This document shows positions 11,956-22,999 of a stretch of DNA of 64,000 nt, piece after piece. The stretch is from Macrostomum lignano (taxonomy: Eukaryota). The stretch spans positions 1 through 64,000 of the forward strand of contig NIVC01002634.1 of assembly GCA_002269645.1 (NCBI GenBank). Direction: 5' to 3'. A program made the position numbers and the translations under genes. Below the pieces are notes generated by a model that had not been told where the DNA came from, did no database searches, and saw only the letters and a list, made by a program, of their open reading frames with translations. Positions within the stretch are counted from its first letter, which is position 1. The number at the start of each line of letters is the position of its first letter.

Positions 11956-12329
11956 GTGTCTGATCTGCCCATCTTCCTGTATAAGTGTCAGTCCAAGCAT
12001 ATCGGGGTCTGTTCATCTGTGAAAATCATTTCTCTCGGACTGCAGCTGGGGCGGTGACGGAACACGCGCTATCACAAAAGTTCAGAGATTCGAAGACAGA
12101 TCAGCACTGAATCGGAGTTGGTCAGTTCCAATAAGTTCTGAAATCAGCGACTTGACCAGCTCAGCGGCTATCAGAAGATGGTTTATTGCCGGCACATTTT
12201 AAACAAGATTCACAACAAATTACCAGTTTTTTAAGTATTCAGGGCCAGGTTTGCAAAAAAACTATTTAACCGGTTTCAAAATCGACAAAAATAATACGGG
12301 GAGGCAATTATTTTACCTAATTTTTTATT

Positions 12330-13370
12330 CACGCGTCACTCAGCTGGGCTGCATGTGCTATTTAGGCTAAAATAGTTTTTGCTTTTGTAAAGTCTGCTTA
12401 GCTTTATATGTACGAGAAATAACCAGGAAAAATTTGCCTCCCGTCTCTGTCTGCCTCCTGCGTCACCTTTGTCCTTTCTTGTCCTCTGGGTGTAGCTCAG
12501 CTGCACAATCTGTTCTGTCACTCTTTTGTGTTCTCTGTCACTCTCTCCCTGTGCTCTGTCACTCTCTCCCTGTGCTCTGTCACTCTCTCCCTGTGCTCTG
12601 TCACTCTCTCCCTGTGCTCTGTCACTCTCTCCCTGTTCTCTGTCACTCTCTACCTGTGCTCTGTCACTCTCTCCATGTGCTCTGTCACTCTCTCCCTGTT
12701 CTCTGTCACTTTTCTCCTGTTCTCTGTCACTCTCTCCCTGTTCTGTCACTCTCTCCCTGTGCTCTGTCACTCCCTCCCTGTTCTCTGTCACTCCCTCCCT
12801 GTTCTCTGTCACTCCCTCCCTGTTCTCTGTCACTCTCTCCCTGTTCTCTGTAACTCTCTCTGTGCTCTGTCACTCTCTCCCTGTTCTCTGTCACTCTCTC
12901 TGTGCTCTGTCACTCCCTCCCTGTTCTCTGTCACTCTCTCCCTGTGCTCTGTCACTCTCTCCCTGTGCTCTGTCACTCTCTTTGTGCTCTGTCACTCTCT
13001 CCCTGTTCTCTGTCACTCTCTCCCTGTTCTCTGTCACTCTCTCCCTGTTCTCTGTCACTCTCTCTGTGCTCTGTCACTCCCTTTCTGTTCTCTGTCACTC
13101 TGTTCCTGTTCTCTGTCACTCTTCTCCTGTTTTCTGTCAATCTTCTGCTGTTCTCTGTCACTGTCTTCCTGTTCTCTGTCACTCCCTTCCTGTTCTCTGT
13201 CACTCTCTTCCTGTTCTCTGCCACTCTCTTTCTGTTCTCAGTCACTCCCTTCCTGTTCTCTGTCACTCCCTTCCTGTTCTCTGTCACTCTCTTTCTGTTC
13301 TGTCACTCCCTTCCTGTTCTCTGTCACTGTCTTCTTGTTCTCTGTCACTCCCTTCCTGTCACTCTCTCTC
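12330..13370. repeat. Diverged U-module fragment plus 21-bp array (TGTTCTCTGTCACTCTCTCCC)n, downstream of Lin28
   Basis: 12330-12440 aligns with 16650-16730; the array is the same family as 16795-18225. Confidence 0.85.
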
Positions 13371-13458
13371 CTTTCTGTCGCTATTATTGCCATTCATTCG
13401 CCAACCTGACCAGTTTTCAAGTTCCCTCTCGCTCAACCAAAGCACTCGCTCAGAAATA

Positions 13459-13636
13459 TCAATTGTATCCCTGGGCAGCAGCCGCAGGCGGTCCAGTTGG
13501 GGCGGTGGCACAGCCCCAAAACGGGCAGTCCTTGACGAGGTGGTTGACTGAGCGGCAGCGATAGCAGCACTTGGGCAGGGGGCCCAGCGGGCAGTTGGCG
13601 GCGAGATGTTCAGACACCTGGCCGCAGTTGTAGCAC
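13459..13636 (-). CDS. LIN28: Lin28 terminal exon: two CCHC zinc knuckles
   Basis: (K)CYNCGQVSEHLAANCPLGPLPKCCYRCRSVNHLVKDCPFW...GYN*. Acceptor CCCCAG; phase 2 matches the previous exon. The first knuckle has CX2CX5HX4C spacing, as in invertebrate Lin28. Confidence 0.92.
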
Positions 13637-13764
13637 CTGGGGAGAGTCGACAGACCAGCAAACTTATAGGAGCTTTAGCGGGCAGGTGAGATTCGTTCGC
13701 CCTAAAATGAGATCTTATTTTCTGTTTGAATACAAGCTGCCCCTCAGTCCGTTTGAGATCCTAG

Positions 13765-14345
13765 AGTTTCCTAATCCTCACTTTGAGTTCCCTAATTCTC
13801 ACTTTGAGTTCCCCTAATTCTCACTTTGAGTTCCCCTAATCCTCACTTTGAGTTCCCCTAATCCTCACTTTAAGTTCCCTAATCTTCACTTTGAGCTCCC
13901 TAACCCTTACTTTGAGTTCCCCTAATCCTCACTTTGAGTTCCCCCAATCCTCACTTTTAGTTCCCCTAATCCTCACTGAGTTCCCTAATTCTCACTTTGA
14001 GTTCCCTAATCCTCACTTTATGTTCCCTAATCCTCCCTTTTAGTTCCCTAATCCTTACTTTGAGTTCCCTAATCCTCACTTTATGTTCCCTAATCCTCCC
14101 TTTTAGTTCCCTAATCCTTACTTTGAGTTCCCTAATCCTCACTTTATGTTCCCTAATCCTCCCTTTTAGTTCCCTAATCCTTACTTTTAGTTCCCTAATC
14201 CTCACTTTGAGTTTCCTAATCCTTACTTTTAGTTCCCTAATCCTCACTTTGAGTTCCCTAATCCTCACTTTGAGTTCTATAATCCTCACTTTGAGTTCTC
14301 TAATCCTCAAAATGAGTTTCCTAATACTCACTTTGAGTTTTATAA
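13765..14345. repeat. ~21-bp minisatellite (GAGTTCCCTAATCCTCACTTT)n, Lin28 intron
   Basis: Tandem array; recurs at 35293-35590. Confidence 0.95.
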
Positions 14346-14460
14346 CACTCATTTCGAGTTTAAGAAGCTCAATTCGAATCCCTAAAGTAAATTCTAGTTA
14401 AAATATTATATTTAAGTACATCTCAGTCCCACACTTGCAGCCTCATCAATTCAGCCTCAC

Positions 14461-14621
14461 TTCAGCATCCGTCTCTGCCCGACGTTCTCGGCGCCGCGGC
14501 ACGGAACCCCGCCGGGTCCGGTGACCAGACGAGCCTCAAGGCCCTTCTCGGCTGCCCGGGTCTCAAACTCCACCAGCTCATCAGGACAGAGGTTTCGAAA
14601 TCCCGGCATGCAGATGGCGGA
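14461..14621 (-). CDS. LIN28: Lin28 middle exon (second half of CSD plus linker)
   Basis: SAICMPGFRNLCPDELVEFETRAAEKGLEARLVTGPGGVPCRGAENVGQRRML, matching the Lin28 GFRSL..EFT..KGLE...VTGPGG pattern. AG/GT flanks; 161 nt. Confidence 0.92.
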
Positions 14622-14687
14622 CTTGATGGAGATTCAAGAGGGATGCTGTTACATTTGGTGGAACTCAAAGATGTACCAGTGAAATAG

Positions 14688-15000
14688 CAACCAAAACTAC
14701 TCAAGAAAACCACATAGCGACTAAACCTACTGAAAGAAACTCCATTGCAACCAAAACTACTCAAGAAAACCACATAGCGACTAAACTTACTGAAAGAAAC
14801 TCCATTGCAACCAAAACTACTCAAGAAAAACACATAGCGACTAAACCTACTGAAAGAAACTCCATTGCAACCAAAACTACTCAAGAAAACCACATAGCGA
14901 CTAAACTTACTGAAAGAAACTCCATTGCAACCAAAACTACTCAAGAAAACCACATAGCGACTAAACCTACTGAAAGAAACTCCATTGCAACCAAACCTAC
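14688..15000. repeat. 60-bp minisatellite in Lin28 intron (~5 units; ~9 units in copy 2 at 35930-36470)
   Basis: CAACCAAAACTACTCAAGAAAACCACATAGCGACTAAACCTACTGAAAGAAACTCCATTG tandem units. Confidence 0.95.
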
Positions 15001-15242
15001 TCAAGGAAGCCCCATAGCAACCATACCTAGTCACGGCTCAAGAAAACAACAGCAATCAAACCTAATAAAAAACTACTCAAGGAAAGCCATAACAAGAAAA
15101 AACCGACTCAAGAAAACCCCATACCAACCAAACTTTCTCAAAGAGACACCATAGCAATCAAACCTAATACGCCACGACAACCAAAACTACTCAACGAAAC
15201 CCAATAGCAACCGAGGGCTACTCAAGCCCCGCCGCAGCACAC

Positions 15243-15373
15243 CTGATGCACGAAGACATTCCGACCTCTGTCGTCCGGCAGGATGAAGCCGAAGCCTCGA
15301 GCGACATCGAACCACTTGACCTTGCCCGGCCGCCTCACGGAATTAAGTATTTGGGCCGAAAGTTGAAAATCAT
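15243..15373 (-). CDS. LIN28: Lin28 exon (first half of cold-shock domain)
   Basis: [43 protein letters not shown] carries RNP1/RNP2-type motifs. TTTGTAG acceptor, GTGTGC donor. Start-codon exon not identified. Confidence 0.9.
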
Positions 15374-15719
15374 CTACAAAGACGCGAGTGCACAGATCTG
15401 TGGCGATTTCAGGCAATATTTGGTGTAATAAAATCTGTTTTGTCGGCTACAGAGCACTTACCGAAATTCACCTTAATACTTCCGCTCTTTTGCATTGCTG
15501 CTAACAACAGATTATAATTTAGATGCAAGAAAATAGGCCCGTTTGTTTTCTTCATTCTAAAAAAGAAAACCATGCCGTCTTTTATAAGCAAGCTGCAGCG
15601 CTTAAAGACCAATTACCTCAGAACAATTATCCAGTCGCGCTCAGAAGATAGGATTTTTCCAAACAAATTCCACACTTAATTATCAGGCTCAAGACTATTT
15701 TTTAGCAGAGCTTCACCAC

Positions 15720-16445
15720 CTTAAGAAGCACAGCTGCAAAATTCCCCTCAGAACTACCAGAAGCACAGCTGCACAATTCCCCTCAGAACTACCAGAAGCA
15801 CAGTTGCACAATTTTCCTCAGAACTACCAGAAGCAGAGTTGCACAATTCCCCTCAGAACTACCAGAAGCAGAATTGCACAATTCCCCTCAGAACTACCAG
15901 AAGCAGAATTGCACAATTCCCCTCAGAACTACCAGAAGCAGAATTGCACAATTCCCCTCAGAACTACCAGAAGCAGAGTTGCACAATTCCCCTCAGAACT
16001 ACCAGAAGCAGAGTTGCACAATTCTCCTCAGAACTACCAGAAGCAGTGTTGCACAATTCTCCTCAGAACTACCAGAAGCAGAGTTGCACAATTCCCCTCA
16101 GAACTACCAGAAGCAGAGTTGCACAATTTTCCTCAGAACTACCAGAAGCAGAGTTGCACAATTCTCCTCAGAACTACCAGAAGCACAGCTGCACAATTCC
16201 CCTCAGAACTACCAGAAGCACAGCTGCACAATTCCCCTCAGAACTACCAGAAGCAGAGTTGCACAATTTTCCTCAGAACTACCAGAAGCAGAGTTGCACA
16301 ATTCCCCTCAGAACTACCAGAAGCAGAATTGCACAATTCCCCTCAGAACTACCAGAAGCAGAATTGCACAATTCCCCTCAGAACTACCAGAAGCAGAGCT
16401 GCACAATTCCCCTAAGAACTACCAGAAGCACAGTTGCACAATTCC
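15720..16445. repeat. 35-bp minisatellite (CAGAACTACCAGAAGCAGAGTTGCACAATTCCCCT)n
   Basis: About 20 copies; recurs at 37205-38070 and inverted within the macrosatellite. Confidence 0.97.
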
Positions 16446-19400
16446 ACAAAAACTACCAGTCGCTATTTTCCTTCGCCACGCGCAGCAACGATTTCTCCCC
16501 ATCATGTAGGCATCCCAAGCGGAGTAGCATAACAGCAATTATTTAGCGCAATTATTCAGGTGCAGGTGCAGAGAGCCAAACAATTTTTCTTTCGTTAAAA
16601 GCAATCAGGATTTCGGCAGACAAAAAATTCCCATTTTATTCCATCAATGCGTCGCTCAGCTGGGCTGCCTCTGCTAGTTAGAGAAATTTTGTTGCATTTG
16701 CAAGTCTTCTTAGTTAATAAACAGGAAAATTAGTGCTGCAGCTGTGACACATCTGTGAAACTTCTGTTTGGCGACAGATGTGACACACGTTTTCACTCCC
16801 TTTCTGTTCTCCGTCATTCTCTTCCTGTTCTCTGTCACTCCCTTCCTGTTCTCTGTCACTCCCTTTCTGTTCTCCGTCATTCTCTTCCTGTTCTCTGTCA
16901 CTCCCTTCCTGTTCTCTGTCTCTCCCTTCCTGTTCTCTGTCACTCCCTTCCTGTTCTCTGTCACTCTCTTTCTGTTCTCTGTCACTCCCTTCCTGTTCTG
17001 TCACTATTTCCTGTTCTCTGTCACTCCCTTCCTGTTCTCTGTCACTCTCTTTCTGTTCTCTGTCACTCCCTTTCCGTTCTCTGTCACTCTTTTTCTGTTC
17101 TCTGTCACTCTCTCCCTGTTCTCTGTCACTCCCTTCCTGTTCTCTGTCACTACCTTCCTGTTCTCTGTCACTCCCTTTCTGTTCTCTGTCACTCCCTTCC
17201 TGTTCTCTGTCACTCTCTTCCTGTTCTCTGTCACTCTCTTCCTGTTCTCTGTCACTCCCTTCCTGTTCTCTGTCACTCCCTTCCTGTTCTCTGTCACTCC
17301 CTTTCTGTTCTCTGTCACTCCCTTCCTGTTCTCTGTCACTCCCTTCCTGTTCTCTGTCACTCCCTTCCTGTTCTCTGTCACTCCCTTCCTGTTCTCTGTC
17401 ACTCCCTTCCTGTTCTCTGTCACTCCCTTCCTGTTCTCTGTCACTCCCTTTCTGTTCTCTGTCACTCCCTTCCTGTTCTCTGTCACTCCCTTCCTGTTCT
17501 CTGTCACTCCCTTCCTGTTCTCTGTCACTCCCTTCCTGTTCTCTGTCACTCCCTTCCTGTTCTCTGTCACTCCCTTCCTGTTCTCTGTCACTCTCTTTCT
17601 GTTCTCTGTCACTCCCTTCCTGTTCTGTCACTACTTCCTGTTCTCTGTCACTCCCTTCCTGTTCTCTGTCACTCTCTTTCTGTTCTCTGTCACTCCCTTT
17701 CCGTTCTCTGTCACTCTTTTTCTGTTCTCTGTCACTCCCTTTCTGTTCTCTGTCACTCCCTTCCTGTTCTCTGTCACTCTCTTCCTGTTCTCTGTCACTC
17801 TCTTCCTGTTCTCTGTCACTCCCTTCCTGTTCTCTGTCACTCCCTTCCTGTTCTCTGTCACTCCTTCCTGTTCTCTGTCACTCCCTTCCTGTTCTCTGTC
17901 ACTCCCTTCCTGCTCTCCGTCATTCTCTTCCTGTTCTCTGTCACTCCCTTCCTGTTCTCTGTCACTCCCTTCCTGTTCTCTGTCACTCTCTTCATGTGCT
18001 CTGTCATTCTCTTCCTGTTCTCTGTCGCTCCCTTCCTGTTCTCTGTCACTCCCTTCCTGTTCTCACTCCCTTTCTGTTCTCTGTCACTCTCTTCCTGTTC
18101 GTTCTCTGTCACTCTTTTTCAGTTCTCTGTCACACTTCCTGTTCTCTGTCACTCTCTTCCTGTTCGTTCTCTGTCACTCTTTTTCAGTTCTCTGTCACAC
18201 TTCCTGTTCTCTGTCACTCTCTTCCTGTTGAATGTTACTTTCTTCCTGTTTAAAGACGGCCTTGTTTTCTTTTTTAGAATGGATTAGAAAACAGAAAGAA
18301 AGTGACAGAGAACAGGAAGGGAGTGACAGAGAACAGAAAGGGAGTGACAGAGAACAGGAAGGGAGTGACAGAGAACAGGAAGAGAATGACGGAGAACATG
18401 AAGAGCGTGACAGAGAACAGGGAGAGAGTGACAGAGAACAGAAAAAGAGTGACGGAGAACAGGAAGGGAGTGACAGAGAACAGGAAGAGAGTGACAGAGA
18501 ACAGAAAGGGAGCGACAGAGAACAGGAAGAGAGTGACAGAGAACAGGAAGGGAGGGACAGAGAACGGAAAGGGAGTGACAGTGAACAGGAAGAGAGTGAC
18601 AGAGAACAGGAAGGGAGTGACAGAGAACAGGGAGAGAGTGACAGAGAACAGGAAGAGAGTGACAGAGAACAGAAAGGGAGCGACAGAGAACAGGAAGGGA
18701 GTGACAGAGAACAGGAAGAGAGTGACAGAGAACATGAAGGGAGTGACAGAGAACAGGAAGGGAGTGACAGAGAACAGGAAGGGAGTGACAGAGAACAGGA
18801 AGAGAATGACGGAGAATATGAAGAGAGTGACAGAGAACAGGGAGAGAGTGACAGAGAACAGAAAAAGAGTGACAGAGAACAGAAAGGGAGCGACAGAGAA
18901 CAGGAAGGGAGTGACAGAGAACAGGAAGGGAGTGACAGAGAACAGGAAGAGAGTGACAGAGAACAGGAAGGGAGTGACAGAGAACAGAAAGGGAGTGAAA
19001 ACGTGTGTCACATCTGTCGCTAAGCAGAGATTGTCACACATGTGTCACAGTGGCAGCACTAATTTTCCTGTTTATTAACTAAGCAGACTTTTCAAAAGCA
19101 ACAAAGTTGTTTTCTCTAACTAGCAGAGGTAGCCCAGCTGAGTGAGGCATTGATGGAATAAAATGGGATTTTTTGTGCCTTGCATTTGTCTGCCGAAATC
19201 CTGATTACTTTTAACGAAAGAAAAATTGTTTGGCTCTCTGCACCTGCACCTGAATAATTGCTGTTATGCTACTCCGCTTGGGATGCCTACACGATGGGGA
19301 GAAATCGTTGCTGCGCGTGGCGAAGGAAATAGCGACTGGTAGTTTTTGTGGAATTGTGCAACTGTGCTTCTGGTAGTTCTGAGGGGAATTGTGCAACTGT

Positions 19401-22396
19401 GCTTCTGGTAGTTCTGAAAGGAATTGTGCAGCTCTGCTTCTGATAGTTCTGAGGAGTATTGTACACCTCTGCTTCTGGTAGTTCTGAGGGGAATTGTGCA
19501 ACTCTGCTTCTGGTAGTTCTGAGGGGAATTGTGCAACTCTGCTTCTGGTAGTTCTGAGAGGAATTGTGCAACTTTGCTTCTGGTAGTTCTGAGGGGAATT
19601 GTGCAACTCTGCTTCTGGTAGTTCTGAGAGGAATTGTGCAACTTTGCTTCTGGTAGTTCTGAGGGGAGTTGTGCAGCTGTGCTTTTGGTAGTTGTGAGGG
19701 GAATTGTGGAGCTGGGCTTCTGGTAGTTCTGAGGGGAATTGTGCAACTCTGCTTCTGGTAGTTCTGAAGAGTTCATTTGTCATTTTCTTCCTGTTCTCAG
19801 TCACACTTCCTGTTCTCTGTCACTCCCTTCCTGTTCTCTGTCACTTTTTCCTGTTCTCTGTCACTCTTTTCCTGTTCTCTGTCACTCTTTTCCTGTTCTC
19901 TGTCACTCTCTTCCTGTTCTCTGTCACTCCCTTCCTGTTCTCTGTCACTTCCTTCCTGTTCTCTGTCACTCTCTTCTTGTTCTCTGTCACTCTTCCTGTT
20001 CTCTGTCACTTTTTCCTGTTCTCTGTCACTCTTTTCCTGTTCTCTGTCACTCCCTTCCTGTTCTCTGTCACTCTCTTCCTGTTCTCTGTCACTCCCTTCC
20101 TGTTCTCTGTCACTCCCTTCCTGTTCTCACTCCCTTTTTTGTTCTCTGTCACTCTCTTCCTGTTCGTTCTCTGTCACTCTTTTTCAGTTCTCTGTCACAC
20201 TTCCTGTTCTCTGTCACTCTCTTCCTGTTGAATGTTACTTTCTTCCTGTTTAAAGACGGCCTTGTTTTTTTTTAGAATGGATTAGAAAACAGAAAGGAAG
20301 TGACAGAGAACAGGAAGAGAGTGACAGAGAACAGAAAAAGAGTGACAGAGAACAGAAAGGGAGCGACAGAGAACAGGAAGAGAGTGACAGAGAACAGGAA
20401 GGGAGTGACAGAGAACAGGAAGGGAGTGACAGAGAACAAGAAGAGAGTGACAGAGAACAGGAAGGGAGTGACAGAGAACAGAAAGGGAGTGAAAACGTGT
20501 GTCACATCTGTCGCTAAGCAGAGATTGTCACACATGTGTCACAGTGGCAGCACTAATTTTCCTGTTTATTAACTAAGCAGACTTTTCAAAAGCAACAAAG
20601 TTGTTTTCTCTAACTAGCAGAGGTAGCCCAGCTGAGTGAGGCATTGATGGAATAAAATGGGATTTTTTGTGCCTTGCATTTGTCTGCCGAAATCCTGATT
20701 ACTTTTAACGAAAGAAAAATTGTTTGGCTCTCTGCACCTGCACCTGAATAATTGCTGTTATGCTACTCCGCTTGGGATGCCTACACGATGGGGAGAAATC
20801 GTTGCTGCGCGTGGCGAAGGAAAATAGCGACTGGTAGTTTTTGTGGAATTGTGCAACTCTGCTTCTGGTAGTTCTGAGGGGAATTGTGCAACTGTGCTTC
20901 TGGTAGTTCTGAAAGGAATTGTGCAGCTCTGCTTCTGATAGTTCTGAGGAGTATTGTACACCTCTGCTTCTGGTAGTTCTGAGGGGAATTGTGCAACTCT
21001 GCTTCTGGTAGTTCTGAGGGGAATTGTGCAACTCTGCTTCTGGTAGTTCTGAGAGGAATTGTGCAACTTTGCTTCTGGTAGTTCTGAGGGGAATTGTGCA
21101 ACTCTGCTTCTGGTAGTTCTGAGAGGAATTGTGCAACTTTGCTTCTGTTAGTTCTGAGGGGAATTGTGCAACTTTGCTTCTGGTAGTTCTGAGAGGAATT
21201 GTGCAACTCTGCTTCTGGTAGTTCTGAGGGGAATTGTGGAGCTGGGCTTCTGGTAGTTCTGAGGGGAATTGTGCAACTCCGCTTCTGGTAGTTCTGAAGA
21301 GTTCATTCGTCATTCTCTTCCTGTTCTCAGTCACACTTCCTGTTCTCTGTCACTCCCTTCCTGTTCTCTGTCACTCCCTTCCTGTTCTCTTTCACTCCCT
21401 TCCTGTTCTCTGTCACTTTTTCCTGTTCTCTGTCACTCTTTTCCTGTTCTCTGTCACTCTCTTCCTGTTCTTTGTCACTCCCTTCCTGTTCTCTGTCACT
21501 CTCTTCTTGTTCTCTGTCGCTCTTTCTGTTCTCTGTCACTTTTTCCTGTTCTCTGTCACTCTTTTCCTGTTCTCTGTCACTCTCTTCATGTGCTCTGTCA
21601 TTCTCTTCCTGTTCTCTGTCGCTCCCTTCCTGTTCTCTGTCACTCCCTTCCTGTTCTCACTCCCTTCCTGTTCTCTGTCACTCTCTGCCTGTTCGTTCTC
21701 TGTCACTCTTTTTCAGTTCTCTGTCACACTTCCTGTTCTCTGTCACTCTCTTCCTGTTGAATGTTACTTTCTTCCTGTTTAAAGACGGCCTTGTTTTCCT
21801 TTTTAGAATGGATTAGAAAACAGAAAGGAAGTGACAGAGAACAGGGAGAGAGTGACAGAGAACAGAAAAAGAGTGACAGAGAACAGAAAGGGAGCGACAG
21901 AGAACAGGAAGGGAGTGACAGAGAACAGGAAGGGAGTGACAGAGAACAGGAAGAGAGTGACAGAGAACAGGAAGAGAGTGACAGAGAACAGGAAGGGAGT
22001 GACAGAGAACAGAAAGGGAGTGAAAACGTGTGTCACATCTGTCGCTAAGCAGAGATTGTCACACATGTGTCACAGTGGCAGCACTAAATTTCCTGTTTAT
22101 TAACTAAGCAGACTTTGCAAAAGCAACAAAGTTGTTTTCTCTAACTAGCAGAGGTAGCCCAGCTGAGTGAGGCATTGATGGAATAAAATGGGATTTTTTG
22201 TGCCTTGCATTTGTCTGCCGAAATCCTGATTACTTTTAACGAAAGAAAAATTGTTTGGCTCTCTGCACCTGCACCTGAATAATTGCTGTTATGCTACTCC
22301 GCTTGGGATGCCTACACGATGGGGAGAAATCGTTGCTGCGCGTGGTGAAGGAAAATAGCGACTGGTAGTTTTTGTGGAATTGTGCAACTCTGCTTC

Positions 22397-22609
22397 GCAT
22401 GCAATGGCGGGTACAGCACGCCTGTGTAGCATGAGACAGACTAGGCCTACGGGCTAAGGTCTGCGATCCTACACACCTGCACCCCCTCTATTCTGGTGCA
22501 GGAATGGCAGGAGAACTCTCTCCAAGCTGACTCGCAAGCCGACCCAGGGGTTCACGCCCCGCATGTGTTCAAGGCAGCTCTAGGGCTGCTGGACTGACTG
22601 GGCTCCGGC
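22397..22609 (+). ncRNA. Predicted HDV-like self-cleaving ribozyme at the 5' end of E1
   Basis: P1 GCATGC/GCATGT (G1.U), P2 CCCAG/CTGGG, P3 GGG/CCC, L3 TTCACGC, P1.1 partner GT, P4 hairpin 22569-22593, J4/2 CTGA. G1 coincides with the TSD boundary. Confidence 0.75.
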
Positions 22610-22999
22610 GGCGGCAACCCATCCGTGGCCTGTTGGCCAAGTTGGGTACGGGCTCCGCCCGGAAGTGCACCTGTGCGTATCAGGTACCTCTGGCCACGGC
22701 TCTGAGGAACAGGTACCACCCTCTGACCTTAACAGGGTATGCGGCCAGCCCGCAGGCTCCGGAGGCAGTCCTCCTGCTTCCCTCAAGGACCCAGTGTAGT
22801 ACCGTGCTGATGGTCCTTTGGTTCGGTCTCTGGTTTTTCCAAGCCGGGCTCTTAGCCGGGGAGTTTCTCGGTTGCTAGCGGTCGGGCCGGTACGGGCTTA
22901 AGCCACCCCCCGGTCGCTACCTCTTGGCCTGGTTGTTGGGTTTGGGGTTACGGCCCAGCGGCTTCTCACCTTTAGTCCCCACTCGCCTTTCAGCGACTC

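Noticed and set aside
13765-14345. CCCTAA in each repeat unit as interstitial telomere
   Set aside because: Single hexamers inside a 21-bp unit, not tandem TTAGGG.
14627-15060. Mucin-like + strand frame (ATKTTQENHIATKPTERNSI)n, and the - strand ORF 14462-15034
   Set aside because: A 60-bp intronic repeat with no start codon; the real coding frame here is the Lin28 exon.
15804-22103. Many 150-510 aa ORFs (TENRKGV, LCHSLPV, ELPEAELHNSPQ)
   Set aside because: Stop-free frames of 21-bp and 35-bp tandem arrays, open on both strands, with no domain content.
22437-22463. GGCTAA-GGTCTG as HDV J4/2-P2', or ATGAG as a hammerhead core
   Set aside because: Only 11 nt separate the paired strands, too few for P3/P1/P4, and there is no CTGATGA...GAAA. 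Treated as a J1/2 hairpin instead.
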